The notes: generated by a model not told the origin, from the sequence alone. 49,580 bases of DNA from Acidimicrobiia bacterium (GCA_041619515.1 JBFKDW010000011.1:1-49580); one strand, 5' to 3'; shown: positions 1-11,641, numbered from the stretch's first letter. Program-made: numbers and translations.

Positions 1-1010
1 GCCCGCACCGACGCCTGGATGCGCTCGCGTTTGAGGGCGTTCATGGTGGCTTCTGCGTCGCCCAGCTCGATCGAGAGGATCGGCGAGCGGTTGGCCGGGT
101 CGTAGGGGATCTTGATTCCGCGATGCTCGAGGTCCGCGATCAGTGAGCGATTGTGGGCCTCGATGGCGCCGATTCCGGTTTCGGCGAGGATTTTGAGCCC
201 TTCGACGTTGGCGAACGGATCGAACCACGGGGTCGACACGTCGAGCTTGGAAGCGGTCGACGACAGCTCCATATCCGGGCCGTAGAAGACCTCGGTCGGG
301 CGGGTCGTGGCCTTCCAGCCGGGTGAGATCGGCACAAACCCGTCTCGGAGCTCGGGGCGCACGTAGAGATAGCCCATGCCGCGGACACCGAGGAGCCACT
401 TGTGGCCGCAGCTGAACAGCGCGTCGACGCCCTCGATGTCGACCTCGATGCTTCCCAGCGCCTGCGACGCATCCAGCACCAACCACGATCCGGCGTCGGC
501 TGCGAGCGTCTTGAGGACGCCCAGATCCACCACGAACCCACTCGAGGATTGCACGAGGGAGGTAGCGATGACGGCAGTGCGGCCGTCCACCACCGAGGCG
601 AATGCGTCGGCCGTCAGGGCTCCGTCGATGTCTTCGACCAGCCGGAGCTCGTAGCCACGTTCTTGCAGCAGCATCCAGGGAACGAAGTTGGAGGCGAAGT
701 CGCGGGTGGGAACGACAACGTTGGCACCCGGCAACCCGTCCGGGAGCTGGGCGGCAATAGTGGCGGCGCCGCCCGAGGCGCCCGCCACGAAGGCCAGGTC
801 CTCTACCGCCGCCCCCACCAGAGCTGCCACCCGCCGCCGCAGGTTCTCGCCGACTGCCTCTGCCTCGACCCAGTCGAATGTCCCTGCTTGCCACGCTTCG
901 ATGGCCTCCCGGAGCGCTTCGGAGGCTGGGCGGTTCCCGAGGGCCATCGAGGCCGTGTTCAGATAGGTACGGTCGGCAGCGTTCGGAAAGTAGGGCCCGA
1001 CGTCGAGCAT
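1..1010 (-). CDS. Class V PLP-dependent aminotransferase (cysteine desulfurase/kynureninase-like), partial; 3' end runs off the window
   Basis: Not in the ORF track; translated by hand from ATG 1010: MLDVGPYFPNAADRTYLNTASMALG...VLDASQALG...FSCGHKWLLGVRGMGYLYVR. YLNxA, DxxQ and the HKW PLP-lysine motifs are typical of class V. Confidence 0.85.
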   Translation of the reverse strand, partial: MLDVGPYFPNAADRTYLNTASMALGNRPASEALREAIEAWQAGTFDWVEAEAVGENLRRRVAALVGAAVEDLAFVAGASGGAATIAAQLPDGLPGANVVVPTRDFASNFVPWMLLQERGYELRLVEDIDGALTADAFASVVDGRTAVIATSLVQSSSGFVVDLGVLKTLAADAGSWLVLDASQALGSIEVDIEGVDALFSCGHKWLLGVRGMGYLYVRPELRDGFVPISPGWKATTRPTEVFYGPDMELSSTASKLDVSTPWFDPFANVEGLKILAETGIGAIEAHNRSLIADLEHRGIKIPYDPANRSPILSIELGDAEATMNALKRERIQASVR

Positions 1011-1034
1011 GGTCCCAACCCTATCGGGCCCGGC

Positions 1035-2414
1035 TCACACCGGGGCAGCGTCACCGTACTGGGAGACACTCCTCTCCGCGCCGCCCTGGTCGAGACGGAA
1101 GGGCGGGTAGCGATCGGTCATGAGGGCGGCGTAGGCGATGACGCGGTAGCTCCAGCGATTGAGCCCGACGATGAGATCGAACATCGACCGGGGGTATCGG
1201 CCGGTGAAGAGGAGAGTCACCGCCGCGACCAGCACGAGAATCCCGAGCAAGCCTCCTGCCCACGGGCCCCCCTCGAAGCTGGATGCTGTGATGGCTCCCA
1301 CGATCAGGTAATGGGGAATGGCGAGCAGCCACCACTTGACCAGCACCAGGCCCCGGGAGAGCTGCTCTGGATAGGAGATGTCCAGACGGGCGGGATAGTC
1401 CTCGACCGGCTCGGTGGTGAAGGGCGGGTAGCGGTCCGTGCCGAGGCCGCCGGAAGCTGCATAGAACATGACCCGCCAGCTCCAGCGCAACACCCCGACG
1501 TTGAAGTCGAAGATTCCGCGCGGGTAGCGGCCCGTGAACAGGATCACCACTCCTGCCACCGCGGTCAGCACCGCGAAGCCGATCCACAGGAAGACGAGCA
1601 CGACGAAGTGCGGAATGGCCAGAATCCACTTGACCAGCCACAGCCACGGCGACAACGGTGCATCGATCTCAGCCTCCAGGCGCACCGGCTCGAAATCGGT
1701 GAGTGCTCTCTCCGGCACGTCCCCGTCCGCAACCGCTTCGGCGGCGTGACCGCGAGCCGCCAGCACGATGATGACCACCGCCACCGTCAGGAGCACAGCT
1801 CCCACCACCGCCATGGTGATGGCGATGCCGAGCAGCGCCCCGGATCGGATTCCCACCGTCACGTCGGCCAGGATTCCCGGCGACCCATCGGCGTTCATGA
1901 GCACCGCCGTCCAGTCACCCTCCTCGATGTCCCAAACCAGCTCCTGGCCTCCGGCACCGTCGGCGGCGGCCACCCAGAATCCCTGCTCGGTTGGTGGGGC
2001 TACCACCGCGGCGCCGGGGACGGTCCGGTAGCTGACGTCGCCATCGGAGTCGACCTCGCGGATCTCATCGCGCCCTGCCCCCGCCAGGTACGCCTCCACG
2101 TCGGCTGTCGGGCCGATTCCGACAAAGACCCCTGCCGGCGAGTCTCCGGCAGCGGTGGCCTGGAGCCGCACGGTGACGTCGACGAACTCCAGGACCCCGG
2201 AAGGCGGGCCGGGATCGGCACGCAAATCGACGTCGGTGGTGGTGATGGCAACGGATGCGCTGGTGAGCCGATCCAGCGTGACATCGAAATAGCCGTCGTC
2301 CTCCCGCTCGACCAGATAGGCCACCGACAAGGCCGATCCGCCGAGAAACAGTCCCAAAGCGGGCAGCAACAACAGGGCTCCAACTATGACTGCTGCGATC
2401 CTCCCGGCCTTCAT
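1035..2414 (-). CDS. DUF4389 domain membrane protein with two DUF4389 repeats
   Basis: Two copies of LS..L.LVKW.L.IPH...FTGRYPR..FD..VG..RW..RV..YA...TDRYPPF, preceded by an N-terminal TM and soluble domain. Start placed at MKAGRIAA after a GAGG SD. Confidence 0.85.
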   Translation of the reverse strand: MKAGRIAAVIVGALLLLPALGLFLGGSALSVAYLVEREDDGYFDVTLDRLTSASVAITTTDVDLRADPGPPSGVLEFVDVTVRLQATAAGDSPAGVFVGIGPTADVEAYLAGAGRDEIREVDSDGDVSYRTVPGAAVVAPPTEQGFWVAAADGAGGQELVWDIEEGDWTAVLMNADGSPGILADVTVGIRSGALLGIAITMAVVGAVLLTVAVVIIVLAARGHAAEAVADGDVPERALTDFEPVRLEAEIDAPLSPWLWLVKWILAIPHFVVLVFLWIGFAVLTAVAGVVILFTGRYPRGIFDFNVGVLRWSWRVMFYAASGGLGTDRYPPFTTEPVEDYPARLDISYPEQLSRGLVLVKWWLLAIPHYLIVGAITASSFEGGPWAGGLLGILVLVAAVTLLFTGRYPRSMFDLIVGLNRWSYRVIAYAALMTDRYPPFRLDQGGAERSVSQYGDAAPV

Positions 2415-2494
2415 CCACCTCACCCCTTCCAATGCGAATCGAGCCCGCACACGGGCCCAGAGGCAACCGTATCTCTTCCCTCTGCGCGTGGTTC

Positions 2495-2510
2495 AGAGCC
2501 GAAAGTCCCC
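2495..2510. promoter_or_regulatory. DosR/OsdR-like imperfect palindrome upstream of the DUF4389 gene
   Basis: AGAGCCGAAAGTCCCC (minus strand GGGGACTTTCGGCTCT), flanked by GTTC/GAAC; resembles the actinobacterial GGGAC-N4-GTCCC box. Confidence 0.4.
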
Positions 2511-2567
2511 CGAACCGCTGCATCCGACCCTCCGGCGCGGTCGGGGTCGCCCCGGTGACGGGTGTTG

Positions 2568-3356
2568 CTAGCCGGTCGGCGGTTGGCAGTGCGGGCACCA
2601 GTAGGTGATGCGCCCCAGGTCGCCGAGCTCCTCGCGTTCGATGTTGGTCCCGCACCTCCGACACGGCCGCTGCGCCCGGCCGTAGACCCAGAGGTGGGCG
2701 TTGCGCCCATAGCCGGTGGTGTTGCGGGTCCCCCGCCTCGCGTTGGCCCGCAACAGCTTGCGGGCGCGGGCTGCCAGCCGCTCGAGCTGCTCGACGCTGA
2801 GATCCGCCGGCGAGGTGCGGGGATTGACACGCTCGAGGAAGAGGACCTCCGACTTGTAGACGTTGCCGATGCCGGCCATGACCCGCTGGTCGAGCAGCAG
2901 GTCGGCCACCGACGCGCTCGGCGACAGGGCGGCCCGGCCGGCGGCCTCGGCCGGATCGAACTGCTCGGCAAGCAGATCCGGCCCGAGGTGGGCGAGCTCT
3001 TCCTCCACGGTCGACCTGGTCCCGGCCGAGACGCTGGGAGCCGCAAAACACACGGCCACGTGTTGCCCGGTCTCGATCACCACCCGGGCCTTGCCCGCCG
3101 TCTTGCGCCACCGCTCCCCCGCCACATACAGATGCCATTGGCCGGTCATGCCCAGGTGGGTCCGGAGGGACAGAGCGCCGGCGAAATGAATCAGCAGATG
3201 CTTGCCGCGGCTGGCGACGTCCTCGATACGGCGCCCGGACAGGCGGTTGCCCCATTCGGCCATGGCTCGAGCCGAGCCCCCCACGCGCAGGGCGTCCTCG
3301 CCGATGAGCGGGGCCAGCCGTTGAGCGGCCTGGAACAGGGAATCACCTTCGGGCAT
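2568..3356 (-). CDS. nei: Fpg/Nei family DNA glycosylase (Nei2-like)
   Basis: N-terminal MPEGD, RGKHL, H2TH motif LLDQRVMAGIGNVYKSE, zinc finger CRRC...CPHC. Confidence 0.93.
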   Translation of the reverse strand: MPEGDSLFQAAQRLAPLIGEDALRVGGSARAMAEWGNRLSGRRIEDVASRGKHLLIHFAGALSLRTHLGMTGQWHLYVAGERWRKTAGKARVVIETGQHVAVCFAAPSVSAGTRSTVEEELAHLGPDLLAEQFDPAEAAGRAALSPSASVADLLLDQRVMAGIGNVYKSEVLFLERVNPRTSPADLSVEQLERLAARARKLLRANARRGTRNTTGYGRNAHLWVYGRAQRPCRRCGTNIEREELGDLGRITYWCPHCQPPTG

Positions 3357-3359
3357 AGA

Positions 3360-6300
3360 TCACCCCCGAAACGTGAGACCCTTGTAGGAGTCGACGAACC
3401 CGGCCGACACCAGCAACCCGCCGAGCTGGGTGACGGCGGCACGCTCGCCGTCGATCGTTTCGACCTCGAATCGCCGGCGCCTGCCGGCCAGCTTGCGCAA
3501 GCGTTCGACGGCCTGGGTGAGCAAGCCCGGGTCGTCGGTGAACGTCAACAGCTTCCGTCCCCCCCGCTCGACGAACACCACGAGCCGACCGCCGACGGTG
3601 ACGACGTACGCACCCGCCGAGCGGCTCGGGCGCCCCACCGGCGTTTCCGGCCACCCGATGGCAGCACCATAGGGATTAGCCGGATCGGCGGCCGCCAGCA
3701 GCATCGACTCGCCCGCCGACGGCTGTCGCAGCCGGTCGACTGCGCCGGGTGAGGCGAACTGGGCACCCCCCAGGCCCTCGATGAAGTACCCGCGTCGCAC
3801 CCGGCCGGCGTCCTCGAGCGCCCGAAGCACCGGGTAGATTCCGCTGAACCCGCCCGGGAGGCCCTCGGCGGCCGCCACGTCCCGGGTGAGAATGCCGGTC
3901 CGTTCCAGCAGCTGCTCCGTGAGTGCCTTGCCGCGGGCGGTGGCATCCGGCGCCGGCTCGAGCAAGGATGCCACCAGATACCACCGGCCGCTCCCCGCAG
4001 GAGGTGAGGCGGAGGGCAGCCGGGGCCTGCGCGTCTTCGCCGCACGCTTTACCTTGCCCCACAAGAAAGCCCGCAGCGGTCCGAGCGTGTCGTTTGTCAC
4101 CTCACCCGCCCACACCAGGTCCCACAGGGCGTCCAGTGTGTCCTGCGGGTCGCGGCCCCCCGCAGCCTCGTACAGATCCCGAAAGAACGAAGCGCCCTGC
4201 TCTGCCAGGTGGATGCGCAGCCGCTCATGAATGGCCTCCGCCGGCGCCGCGGCGCTCGAAGGCTGGTGAAGCAGGGGTATCTGATCTCGCAAATACAGCG
4301 AGATGCGGCCATCGTTGGTGCCGAGCGGCTCTCGTCCCACCCACACGACATCGCCGGAGGCCATCAGCTGGTCGAGCACCTCGGGCCCATAGGACATGCG
4401 GCCGGGCAGGACGTCGGTTTCGAGAATCGACGCCGGCATCGACGCCCCCTGCAGCTGGCGGATGATCTCATAGAGCCGGTCGAGGGTCGTCTGCCGGTTG
4501 CCGAGGTGCTGCCACCCGGCCAAGAACTCCCCGAGCGCAGCCGGCTCGACGGGTTCGACTTCCGACCGGAGCCGGGCAAGCGACCGTCGGCGCAGCCGGC
4601 GCAAAACCTCGGTGTCGACCCACTCCTGTCCGATTCCGGCGGGTAGGAAGGCGCCCCGGGTGGTCCGCCCCGCTGCCTCCAGGCGGGCGAGCACTTCCTC
4701 GACAACCGCCGGCGCCAGGCCCAGGCCATCGGCCGCTTGCATGGCCGTGAAGGGTGCATGGGTCCGCGCAAACCTGCCGACCACATCACCGAGCGGATCG
4801 GCCACCGGTTCGAGGAAGGCGTCCGGAACACCCTGCGGGAGGACCACCCCGAGAGCATCGCGCAGGCGGGCGGCATCCTCGATGGCCGCCCATCGCTCCC
4901 CTCCCCCCGCCTCGATGCGGACGATCTGGCGGGAAGCCTCGAGGCCGGAAAGCCAGTCTTCGAGCTCGCCGTCGACACGGGCCGCCAGCTCTTCGCGGGT
5001 CAGCGGGCCGAGGTGGCGCAGCACGTCGTGAACTGCCGAGGCGCTCCGCGCATGACGATCGGGCTCCAGGCGCTGCAGCTCCAGCTCGACCTCGGCCAAC
5101 ACGTCGGGGTCGAGCAAGCTTCGCAGCTCGGGCTCGCCCATCAGCTCGGCCAGCAAGCTCCGATCGAGCGTGAGGGCGGCGGCCCGCCGCTCGCCCGGAG
5201 GCGCGTCGTACTCGTACATATAGGCGGCGATGAAGTCGAAGGTGATCGACGAGGCGAACGGGCTGGGCGTGTCGAGCGCGACATCGGTGACCCGCACCCG
5301 GCGGGCCCGGACATCCCGCAGCAGCTCGGTGAGCGCCGGGAGATCGAAGTGCTCCTGAAGGACCTCTCGATAGGTTTCGAGCACGATGGGGAACGACGGG
5401 TAGTTGCGGGCAATCTTCAACAGGTCGGCGGAGCGGCGCCGCTGCAGCCACAGCGGCGTGCGGTCACCGGGGCGCCGCCGCGGCAGCAGCAACGCCCGGC
5501 CGGCCGCCTCGCGGAAGCGGGAGGCGAACAGTGCGCTGCCGGCGACCTCTCCCACCACCAGCTCCTCCAGCTCTTCGGGCTCGACCAGCAGGGCGTCGAC
5601 CGGAGGCGGCTCATCGGCGTCGGGGAATCGAAACACCATCCCGTCGTCGGTCCACATGGCGTCAACCTCGTAGTCGTAGCGGCTGCGCAGCTTGGCGGAG
5701 GCCGCCAGGGACCAGGGGGCATGGACGCGGGCCCCGAACGGAGACAGCAGCACCATCCGCCAGTCACCGATCTCGTCGCGGTATCGCTCGATGACGAGGG
5801 TTCGGTCGGTTGGAAGGGTCCCGGTCGCCTCCTTCTCGTCTGCAATGAACGCAGCCAGGTTGGCCGCCGCCCACGGGTCGAAACGGTACCGCTCAACCAG
5901 AAGCTGCTCCGACTTGTCCTTGGGGAGCGCACCCACCTCCCGGATGAACTTGCCGATCGCCCGGCCCAGCTCGAGGGGACGGCCGACCATGTCCCCGTGC
6001 CAGAACGGGAGCTTGCTCGGCGTGCCGGGCGGGGCCGGCGTGACGCGCACCCGGTCGTGGTCGATCTCGGCGATCCGCCACACCGTAGAACCGAGGGTGA
6101 TTGCATCCCCCACCCGTGACTCGTAGACCATTTCCTCGTCGAGCTCGCCCACATGGGCGCCATCAGGCAATGACACCCGATACATGCCGCGGTCGGGAAT
6201 GGTTCCCGGGTTGGTCACGGCCAGCATCTGTGCCCCGGGACGGGCAGTGAGGCTGCCATCCACTCTGTCCCACACCAGGCGGGGCCGCAGCTCGGCGAAC

Positions 6301-7742
6301 TCGTCGGAGGGATATCGCCCGGCCAGCATGTCGAGAACCGCCTCGAAGGTCGCCCGGCCCAGCCCGGCGTAGGGGGCGGCCCGGCGGATGAGGTCGTAGA
6401 GGTCATCCACCTGCCAGTCGTCCATGGCAACCGCGGCCACGACCTGTTGGGACAGCACATCGAGCGGGTTCTGGGGCACGGCCGTGGCTTCGATCTCCCC
6501 GGCGTACATGCGATCGACGACCACCGCCGATTCGAGCAGATCGGCCCGATGCTTGGGAAACACCCGCGCCCGGCTCGGGGCTCCCACCTGATGGCCTGAC
6601 CGGCCTACGCGCTGCAGTCCGCTGGCGACGGTGGTGGGGGATTCGACGAGGAGAACGAGATCGACCGCCTCCATGTCGATACCGAGCTCCAGCGAGCTCG
6701 TCGCCACCACGGCAGGCAAGTCGCCTCGCTTGAGCCGATCCTCGATTGCCAGTCTCTGCTCCCGGGAAAGGGACCCATGATGGGCCTGGGCGACCTCCCG
6801 ACCGGCCAGGTCGTTGAGCTGCTGGGCGAGGCGTTCCACCAGGCCGCGGCTGTTGCCGAACACGATGGTCGAACGGTGCTTCTCGATCAGCTCCAAGAGC
6901 TTGGGATACATGAGCGGCCAGATCGATCGATTCGGCGGCTGGTTGGGATCGTCGGGATCGGCCGCCGGCTGCGCCAGGTCGGGGCGGGTCATGTCCTGGA
7001 GCGGGACCACCACCTGAATGTCGAGCTGTTTCTCCCACGGGGCGTCGACAACGCTGACCGGGCGCGGCTGCCACTCCTCCCCGCCGATGGTGCCGCCTCC
7101 GAGGAACCGGGCTATGTCCGCCAGCGGCCGCTGGGTGGCCGACAGCCCGATCCGCTGGGGCGAATCGGCCAGCTCTTCGAGACGCTCCAGGGTCAGGGAG
7201 AGGTGGGAGCCGCGCTTGGTGCCGGCCACGGCGTGCACCTCGTCCACGATGACCCACCGGACCGAGGCGAGGATCTCCCTCACCTGGGACGTGAGCATCA
7301 GATAGAGCGACTCCGGAGTGGTGATGAGCACATCGGGCGGAGTCCGCATCATGCGACGCCGCTCCACTGCCGGCGTGTCACCGGTGCGCATGGCGCTGGT
7401 CACGTCGGGAAGGTCCAGACCCATGCGGGCGGCGGCGTTTCGGATGCCGGTGAGAGGAGCTCGCAGGTTGCGGTCGATGTCGTAGGCCAGTGCCTTCATC
7501 GGCGAGATGTAGAGCACCCGGCAGCGCCTGGGGTCGGCGGGAGCAGGCTCGGCGTGGAGCCGGTCGAGGGCATAGAGGAACGCCGCCAGGGTCTTGCCGG
7601 ATCCCGTAGGAGCGTGAATCAGCGTGTGCGAGCCTGCGGCAATCGCGGCCCAGCCGTCGATCTGGGCGCGGGTGGGCTGCGGGAAGGAAGTCTCGAACCA
7701 TTCCCGGGTTGGCTGAGAGAAGAGATCCAGCGGGTCGGACAC
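3360..7742 (-). CDS. lhr: Lhr family ATP-dependent SF2 helicase, long form with C-terminal domain
   Basis: APTGSGKT, ISPMKAL, TTPESL, DEVH, LSAT, HHGSL, SSLELGID, QRVGRSGH, GTIPDRG; C-terminal DALWDLVWAGEVTND and AAADPANPYG. Start GTG 7742 (VSDPLDLFS). Confidence 0.93.
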   Translation of the reverse strand: MSDPLDLFSQPTREWFETSFPQPTRAQIDGWAAIAAGSHTLIHAPTGSGKTLAAFLYALDRLHAEPAPADPRRCRVLYISPMKALAYDIDRNLRAPLTGIRNAAARMGLDLPDVTSAMRTGDTPAVERRRMMRTPPDVLITTPESLYLMLTSQVREILASVRWVIVDEVHAVAGTKRGSHLSLTLERLEELADSPQRIGLSATQRPLADIARFLGGGTIGGEEWQPRPVSVVDAPWEKQLDIQVVVPLQDMTRPDLAQPAADPDDPNQPPNRSIWPLMYPKLLELIEKHRSTIVFGNSRGLVERLAQQLNDLAGREVAQAHHGSLSREQRLAIEDRLKRGDLPAVVATSSLELGIDMEAVDLVLLVESPTTVASGLQRVGRSGHQVGAPSRARVFPKHRADLLESAVVVDRMYAGEIEATAVPQNPLDVLSQQVVAAVAMDDWQVDDLYDLIRRAAPYAGLGRATFEAVLDMLAGRYPSDEFAELRPRLVWDRVDGSLTARPGAQMLAVTNPGTIPDRGMYRVSLPDGAHVGELDEEMVYESRVGDAITLGSTVWRIAEIDHDRVRVTPAPPGTPSKLPFWHGDMVGRPLELGRAIGKFIREVGALPKDKSEQLLVERYRFDPWAAANLAAFIADEKEATGTLPTDRTLVIERYRDEIGDWRMVLLSPFGARVHAPWSLAASAKLRSRYDYEVDAMWTDDGMVFRFPDADEPPPVDALLVEPEELEELVVGEVAGSALFASRFREAAGRALLLPRRRPGDRTPLWLQRRRSADLLKIARNYPSFPIVLETYREVLQEHFDLPALTELLRDVRARRVRVTDVALDTPSPFASSITFDFIAAYMYEYDAPPGERRAAALTLDRSLLAELMGEPELRSLLDPDVLAEVELELQRLEPDRHARSASAVHDVLRHLGPLTREELAARVDGELEDWLSGLEASRQIVRIEAGGGERWAAIEDAARLRDALGVVLPQGVPDAFLEPVADPLGDVVGRFARTHAPFTAMQAADGLGLAPAVVEEVLARLEAAGRTTRGAFLPAGIGQEWVDTEVLRRLRRRSLARLRSEVEPVEPAALGEFLAGWQHLGNRQTTLDRLYEIIRQLQGASMPASILETDVLPGRMSYGPEVLDQLMASGDVVWVGREPLGTNDGRISLYLRDQIPLLHQPSSAAAPAEAIHERLRIHLAEQGASFFRDLYEAAGGRDPQDTLDALWDLVWAGEVTNDTLGPLRAFLWGKVKRAAKTRRPRLPSASPPAGSGRWYLVASLLEPAPDATARGKALTEQLLERTGILTRDVAAAEGLPGGFSGIYPVLRALEDAGRVRRGYFIEGLGGAQFASPGAVDRLRQPSAGESMLLAAADPANPYGAAIGWPETPVGRPSRSAGAYVVTVGGRLVVFVERGGRKLLTFTDDPGLLTQAVERLRKLAGRRRRFEVETIDGERAAVTQLGGLLVSAGFVDSYKGLTFRG

Positions 7743-7750
7743 GTGAGGCG

Positions 7751-7773
7751 AGAATACCCGGCGGAGATGACAA
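7751..7773 (-). promoter_or_regulatory. PafBC-type (RecA-NDp) DNA-damage promoter of lhr-nei
   Basis: Minus strand tTGTCAT-CTCCGCCGGG-TATTCT fits TGTCR-like + N10 + TAnnnT, 8 nt before the GTG. Confidence 0.6.
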
Positions 7774-7880
7774 GAAATCCGGAACTCATGGACCGCAGCG
7801 AACCGTGGCCAGCCGGCAGCGGGCAAACCGAATGACTTTGTGCTCTAGAGACCGGCATCCGGCCGTGGTACGACTCGGAC

Positions 7881-8605
<725 letters not shown>

Positions 8606-8609
<4 letters not shown>

Positions 8610-10981
8610 TCTCGGCCCACACCCGCCGATCGCTGCGGGAACTCACCCGCCGCAAGGCTCGCTCGATTCTCACCATCCTCACCATCGCCGTCGCCATCGC
8701 CGGGATCTGGCTGTTCGCGATACCCGGCAACATCGACGCCTCCCTCAACCGCCGAGTGGCGACCGACGGCATGCACACCATCCGGCTGGCCCCCAACGTG
8801 CTCGATCTCACGCCGCAGCAATTGGCCGATCTCCGGGCCGTCCCCAACGTGGCCGCTCTCGACGTTCGAACGCTTGGCAGGACCCAGCTGCGCATCGGCA
8901 ACCGGACGGAGGGGGTCGTCCTCGTCGGGGTCGAGGACTTCGCCGACCAGGAGGTCAACATCGTCTCGGTCGAGCAGGGAGCGCTCCCCGCCCAACGCGG
9001 GGAGCTGGTCACCGACTACGAGAACGCTCGGACCGGCCGATTCACCGGCGGCGTCGGCGACACCGTCGCGCTGCAAACCAGCGCCGGCACCTGGGTCGAT
9101 TTCGCCATCACGGGACGCGGCGGCACTCTCCGGTACAGCAGCGAGGTGGCCGAAGACGTGCCCTTCCTCTACCTCGCCAACGCCGACGTGCAGGCGGTGA
9201 TGGGTTACCCGGCTCCCAACTCGCTGGACGCCATCGCCGCCGACCGCTCACCCGCCGCCGTGGCCGGCATGGTCGAGAGCCTCCGCTCGATCCTCACCCG
9301 GGAGATTCCCCGACTGGCCTACTGGGACGTCCTCGAGGTCTGGGAGGAGGGGACCTGGCCGGGTTCCGAGGACTTCGAGAACTTCCTCGTCGTCTTCTAC
9401 GTGATCGCCGGAGTCGCCCTGCTGTCGGCACTGGTGCTCATCTACACGACCATGAGCACCATCGTGCGGGAACAGACCCGAGAAATCGGCATGATGAAGG
9501 CCGTGGGAGGGAGCCGGCGGAGCATTGCCACCGGCTACCTGCGGACGGCCCTGCTGCTCGGCGGCGCCGGCACCATGTTTGGGATCCTGGCCGGCATTCC
9601 CCTCAGCAACCTGCTCATGACGTTCATGAGCGAGGAGTTCGGGGGGACCAGCATCGGCTGGTCGTTGAGCAGCCTGGCACTGATCCTGAGCCTCGGAGTC
9701 GGGCTCGGCGGGACCGCCCTGGCCTCCCTACCGGCGCTTCGGCGCGCCTCCAGGATCACGGTCCGGGAGGCCATCGACGATCACGGCGTGGTATCCGCCT
9801 ACGGGCTGCGACCCATCGACCGCTTGGTCGCCCGGGCCACGTTCCTGTCCCGCCGCAGCCAGATGGGGCTGCGCAACACCACCCGCCGGGCAGGCCGGGC
9901 TGTGGCAACGGCCGTGCCTATCGGTTTGGCGGTGGGCACCATGCTGGGCTTCGGGGCCGTGTTGATCACAGCCGTCAACGAGGACCTGAACTCATTCGAC
10001 CTCGAAGGCGGCGACATCATCGTGTGGAGCCAGGGAAATCAGCCGCTGAATGCGCAGGCGGTGGACCTCATCGAGTCGGTCCCGGAAGTCGAATCGGCCC
10101 ATCCGATGGTCTACAGCAGCGTCGAGCTCGACGGCGAGCGCTACGTCTGGGGACTGCCGGCGGAGAGCACCTACGACTACGACGTCATCGACGGCCGCTG
10201 GTTCACGGAACAGGAAGCCGTCGCCGGCTCCCCGACCGCGGTGATCGGAGAGGCATTGGCCGAACTCACCGGGATCGCCGTCGGCGACACCGTTGCGGTC
10301 GAGACCCGGCGCGGGCCGCTCGAGCTGGAGATCATCGGCATCGACGGCCAGCTGGTGAACGACGGTCAGGGAATGTTCCTCCCATACCGCACGGTCCTCG
10401 GCTACGAAGGCTGGGACCCGGGGTGGGGCAACCACTGGGTCCGCACCACCGACCCTTCGCCGGCAACGGTGGAAGCGGCAGCGTCCGGGATCCACCGCGT
10501 CATGCAGCAGAACGGGTATGCCATTGGATCCAGCCTCCGCTATCCGGACCGCGAGGAGAACCAAGCTGAAAACCGGCTGATCGTCACCGTCGTCATGACC
10601 ATGGGCCTTCCGATCGTGGCCATCGGCATGATCGGCCTCGTGAACTCCATGACCACGAGTGTGCTGGAGCGAACCCGGGAGATCGGGATCCTGCGCAGCA
10701 TCGGTGCTCGCCGCCGTGACCTGCGAGCCATGTTCCGCGCCGAGGGCGTGGCCATTGCCCTGATCGGCTGGGTGCTCGGCATCCCCGCCGGATATGTGCT
10801 CGGCCGGCTGATCATGTGGGTCCTGGAAAACGAGTTCCACGCATCCTTCGTCTTCATGTTCCCGTTGTGGCCGATTCTGGTCGCCCTGGCAGTGACCGTC
10901 GTCGTGTCACTGCTGGTGCTGCGACTCCCCCTTCGCCGCGTTATCCGGATGCGCCCGGGCGACGCCCTCCGGTACGAATAG
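8606..10981 (+). CDS. FtsX/MacB-type ABC transporter permease with two FtsX repeats
   Basis: Repeated REQTREIGMMKAVG and LERTREIGILRSIGA motifs, C-terminal DALRYE, ATGA overlap with the ATPase. Confidence 0.92.
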
Positions 10982-10987
10982 GCCGGG

Positions 10988-11641
10988 TCAAGCTCCCGAG
11001 GACGGGTCCCACAGCTCTCCGGGCAGGATCTCGTACCGGTAGCCGTCGACCGGCTCACCGCGTTTGACGACATATCCGGGCAGCTCGGCCACCTTTCGAA
11101 AACCGAGCTTCTCCAGCAGCCGCTGGCTGGCAGTGTTGACGGCGAAGGCGTCGGCCGCCACCCGCGTGCATCCCCAGTGCTCGAAGGCGTGGCGGACGAG
11201 AGTGCCGACCGCCTCTGTCATGAGTCCCCGGTTCCAATACGGAGGGCCAATCCAATAGCCGATGTCGGCCTCTCCTCGCCGGCCGGCCGGCCGGATGCCG
11301 ATTGAGCCCAGGGCCCGGCCCGGCTCGCCGGTGATGGAACCGTCCCGATCTCGTATCACCCAGTTGAACCCGTCGGGCTCGAAGGTGCTGTTCGCATGCT
11401 CTTGGAAGTAGCCCCCAATATCCTCCGGGGTCTCGGGACCGTCCCACAGGAGCGTGTCGGTCACGGCGCGCCCCGCCTCGCCGTGCACGAACGGGAACAG
11501 GACCTCGGCATCCTCCCGCCGGCCGAATGAGAGCTCGAGGCGAGCGGTGAGCAGCTGCGGCGTGTCGTTGCGGGCGTCGGGCGCCGGACCGGGTTGCCCG
11601 GATCGGCTCTTGCCCGGCCTACCGGTCCCGGGTGACGTCAT
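10988..11641 (-). CDS. RimJ/RimL-type GNAT acetyltransferase
   Basis: LLTARLEL, IGYWIGPPYWNRGLMTEA, NTASQRLLEKLGF. Exact start uncertain. Confidence 0.88.
   Translation of the reverse strand: MTSPGTGRPGKSRSGQPGPAPDARNDTPQLLTARLELSFGRREDAEVLFPFVHGEAGRAVTDTLLWDGPETPEDIGGYFQEHANSTFEPDGFNWVIRDRDGSITGEPGRALGSIGIRPAGRRGEADIGYWIGPPYWNRGLMTEAVGTLVRHAFEHWGCTRVAADAFAVNTASQRLLEKLGFRKVAELPGYVVKRGEPVDGYRYEILPGELWDPSSGA

Noticed and set aside
402..2558. 718-aa plus-strand ORF, and many similar long antisense ORFs (e.g. 28930-30774, 4737-6119, 17355-18647, 39886-41142)
   Set aside because: They are shadows of well-supported genes on the opposite strand; high GC depletes stop codons and the translations have no recognisable motifs.
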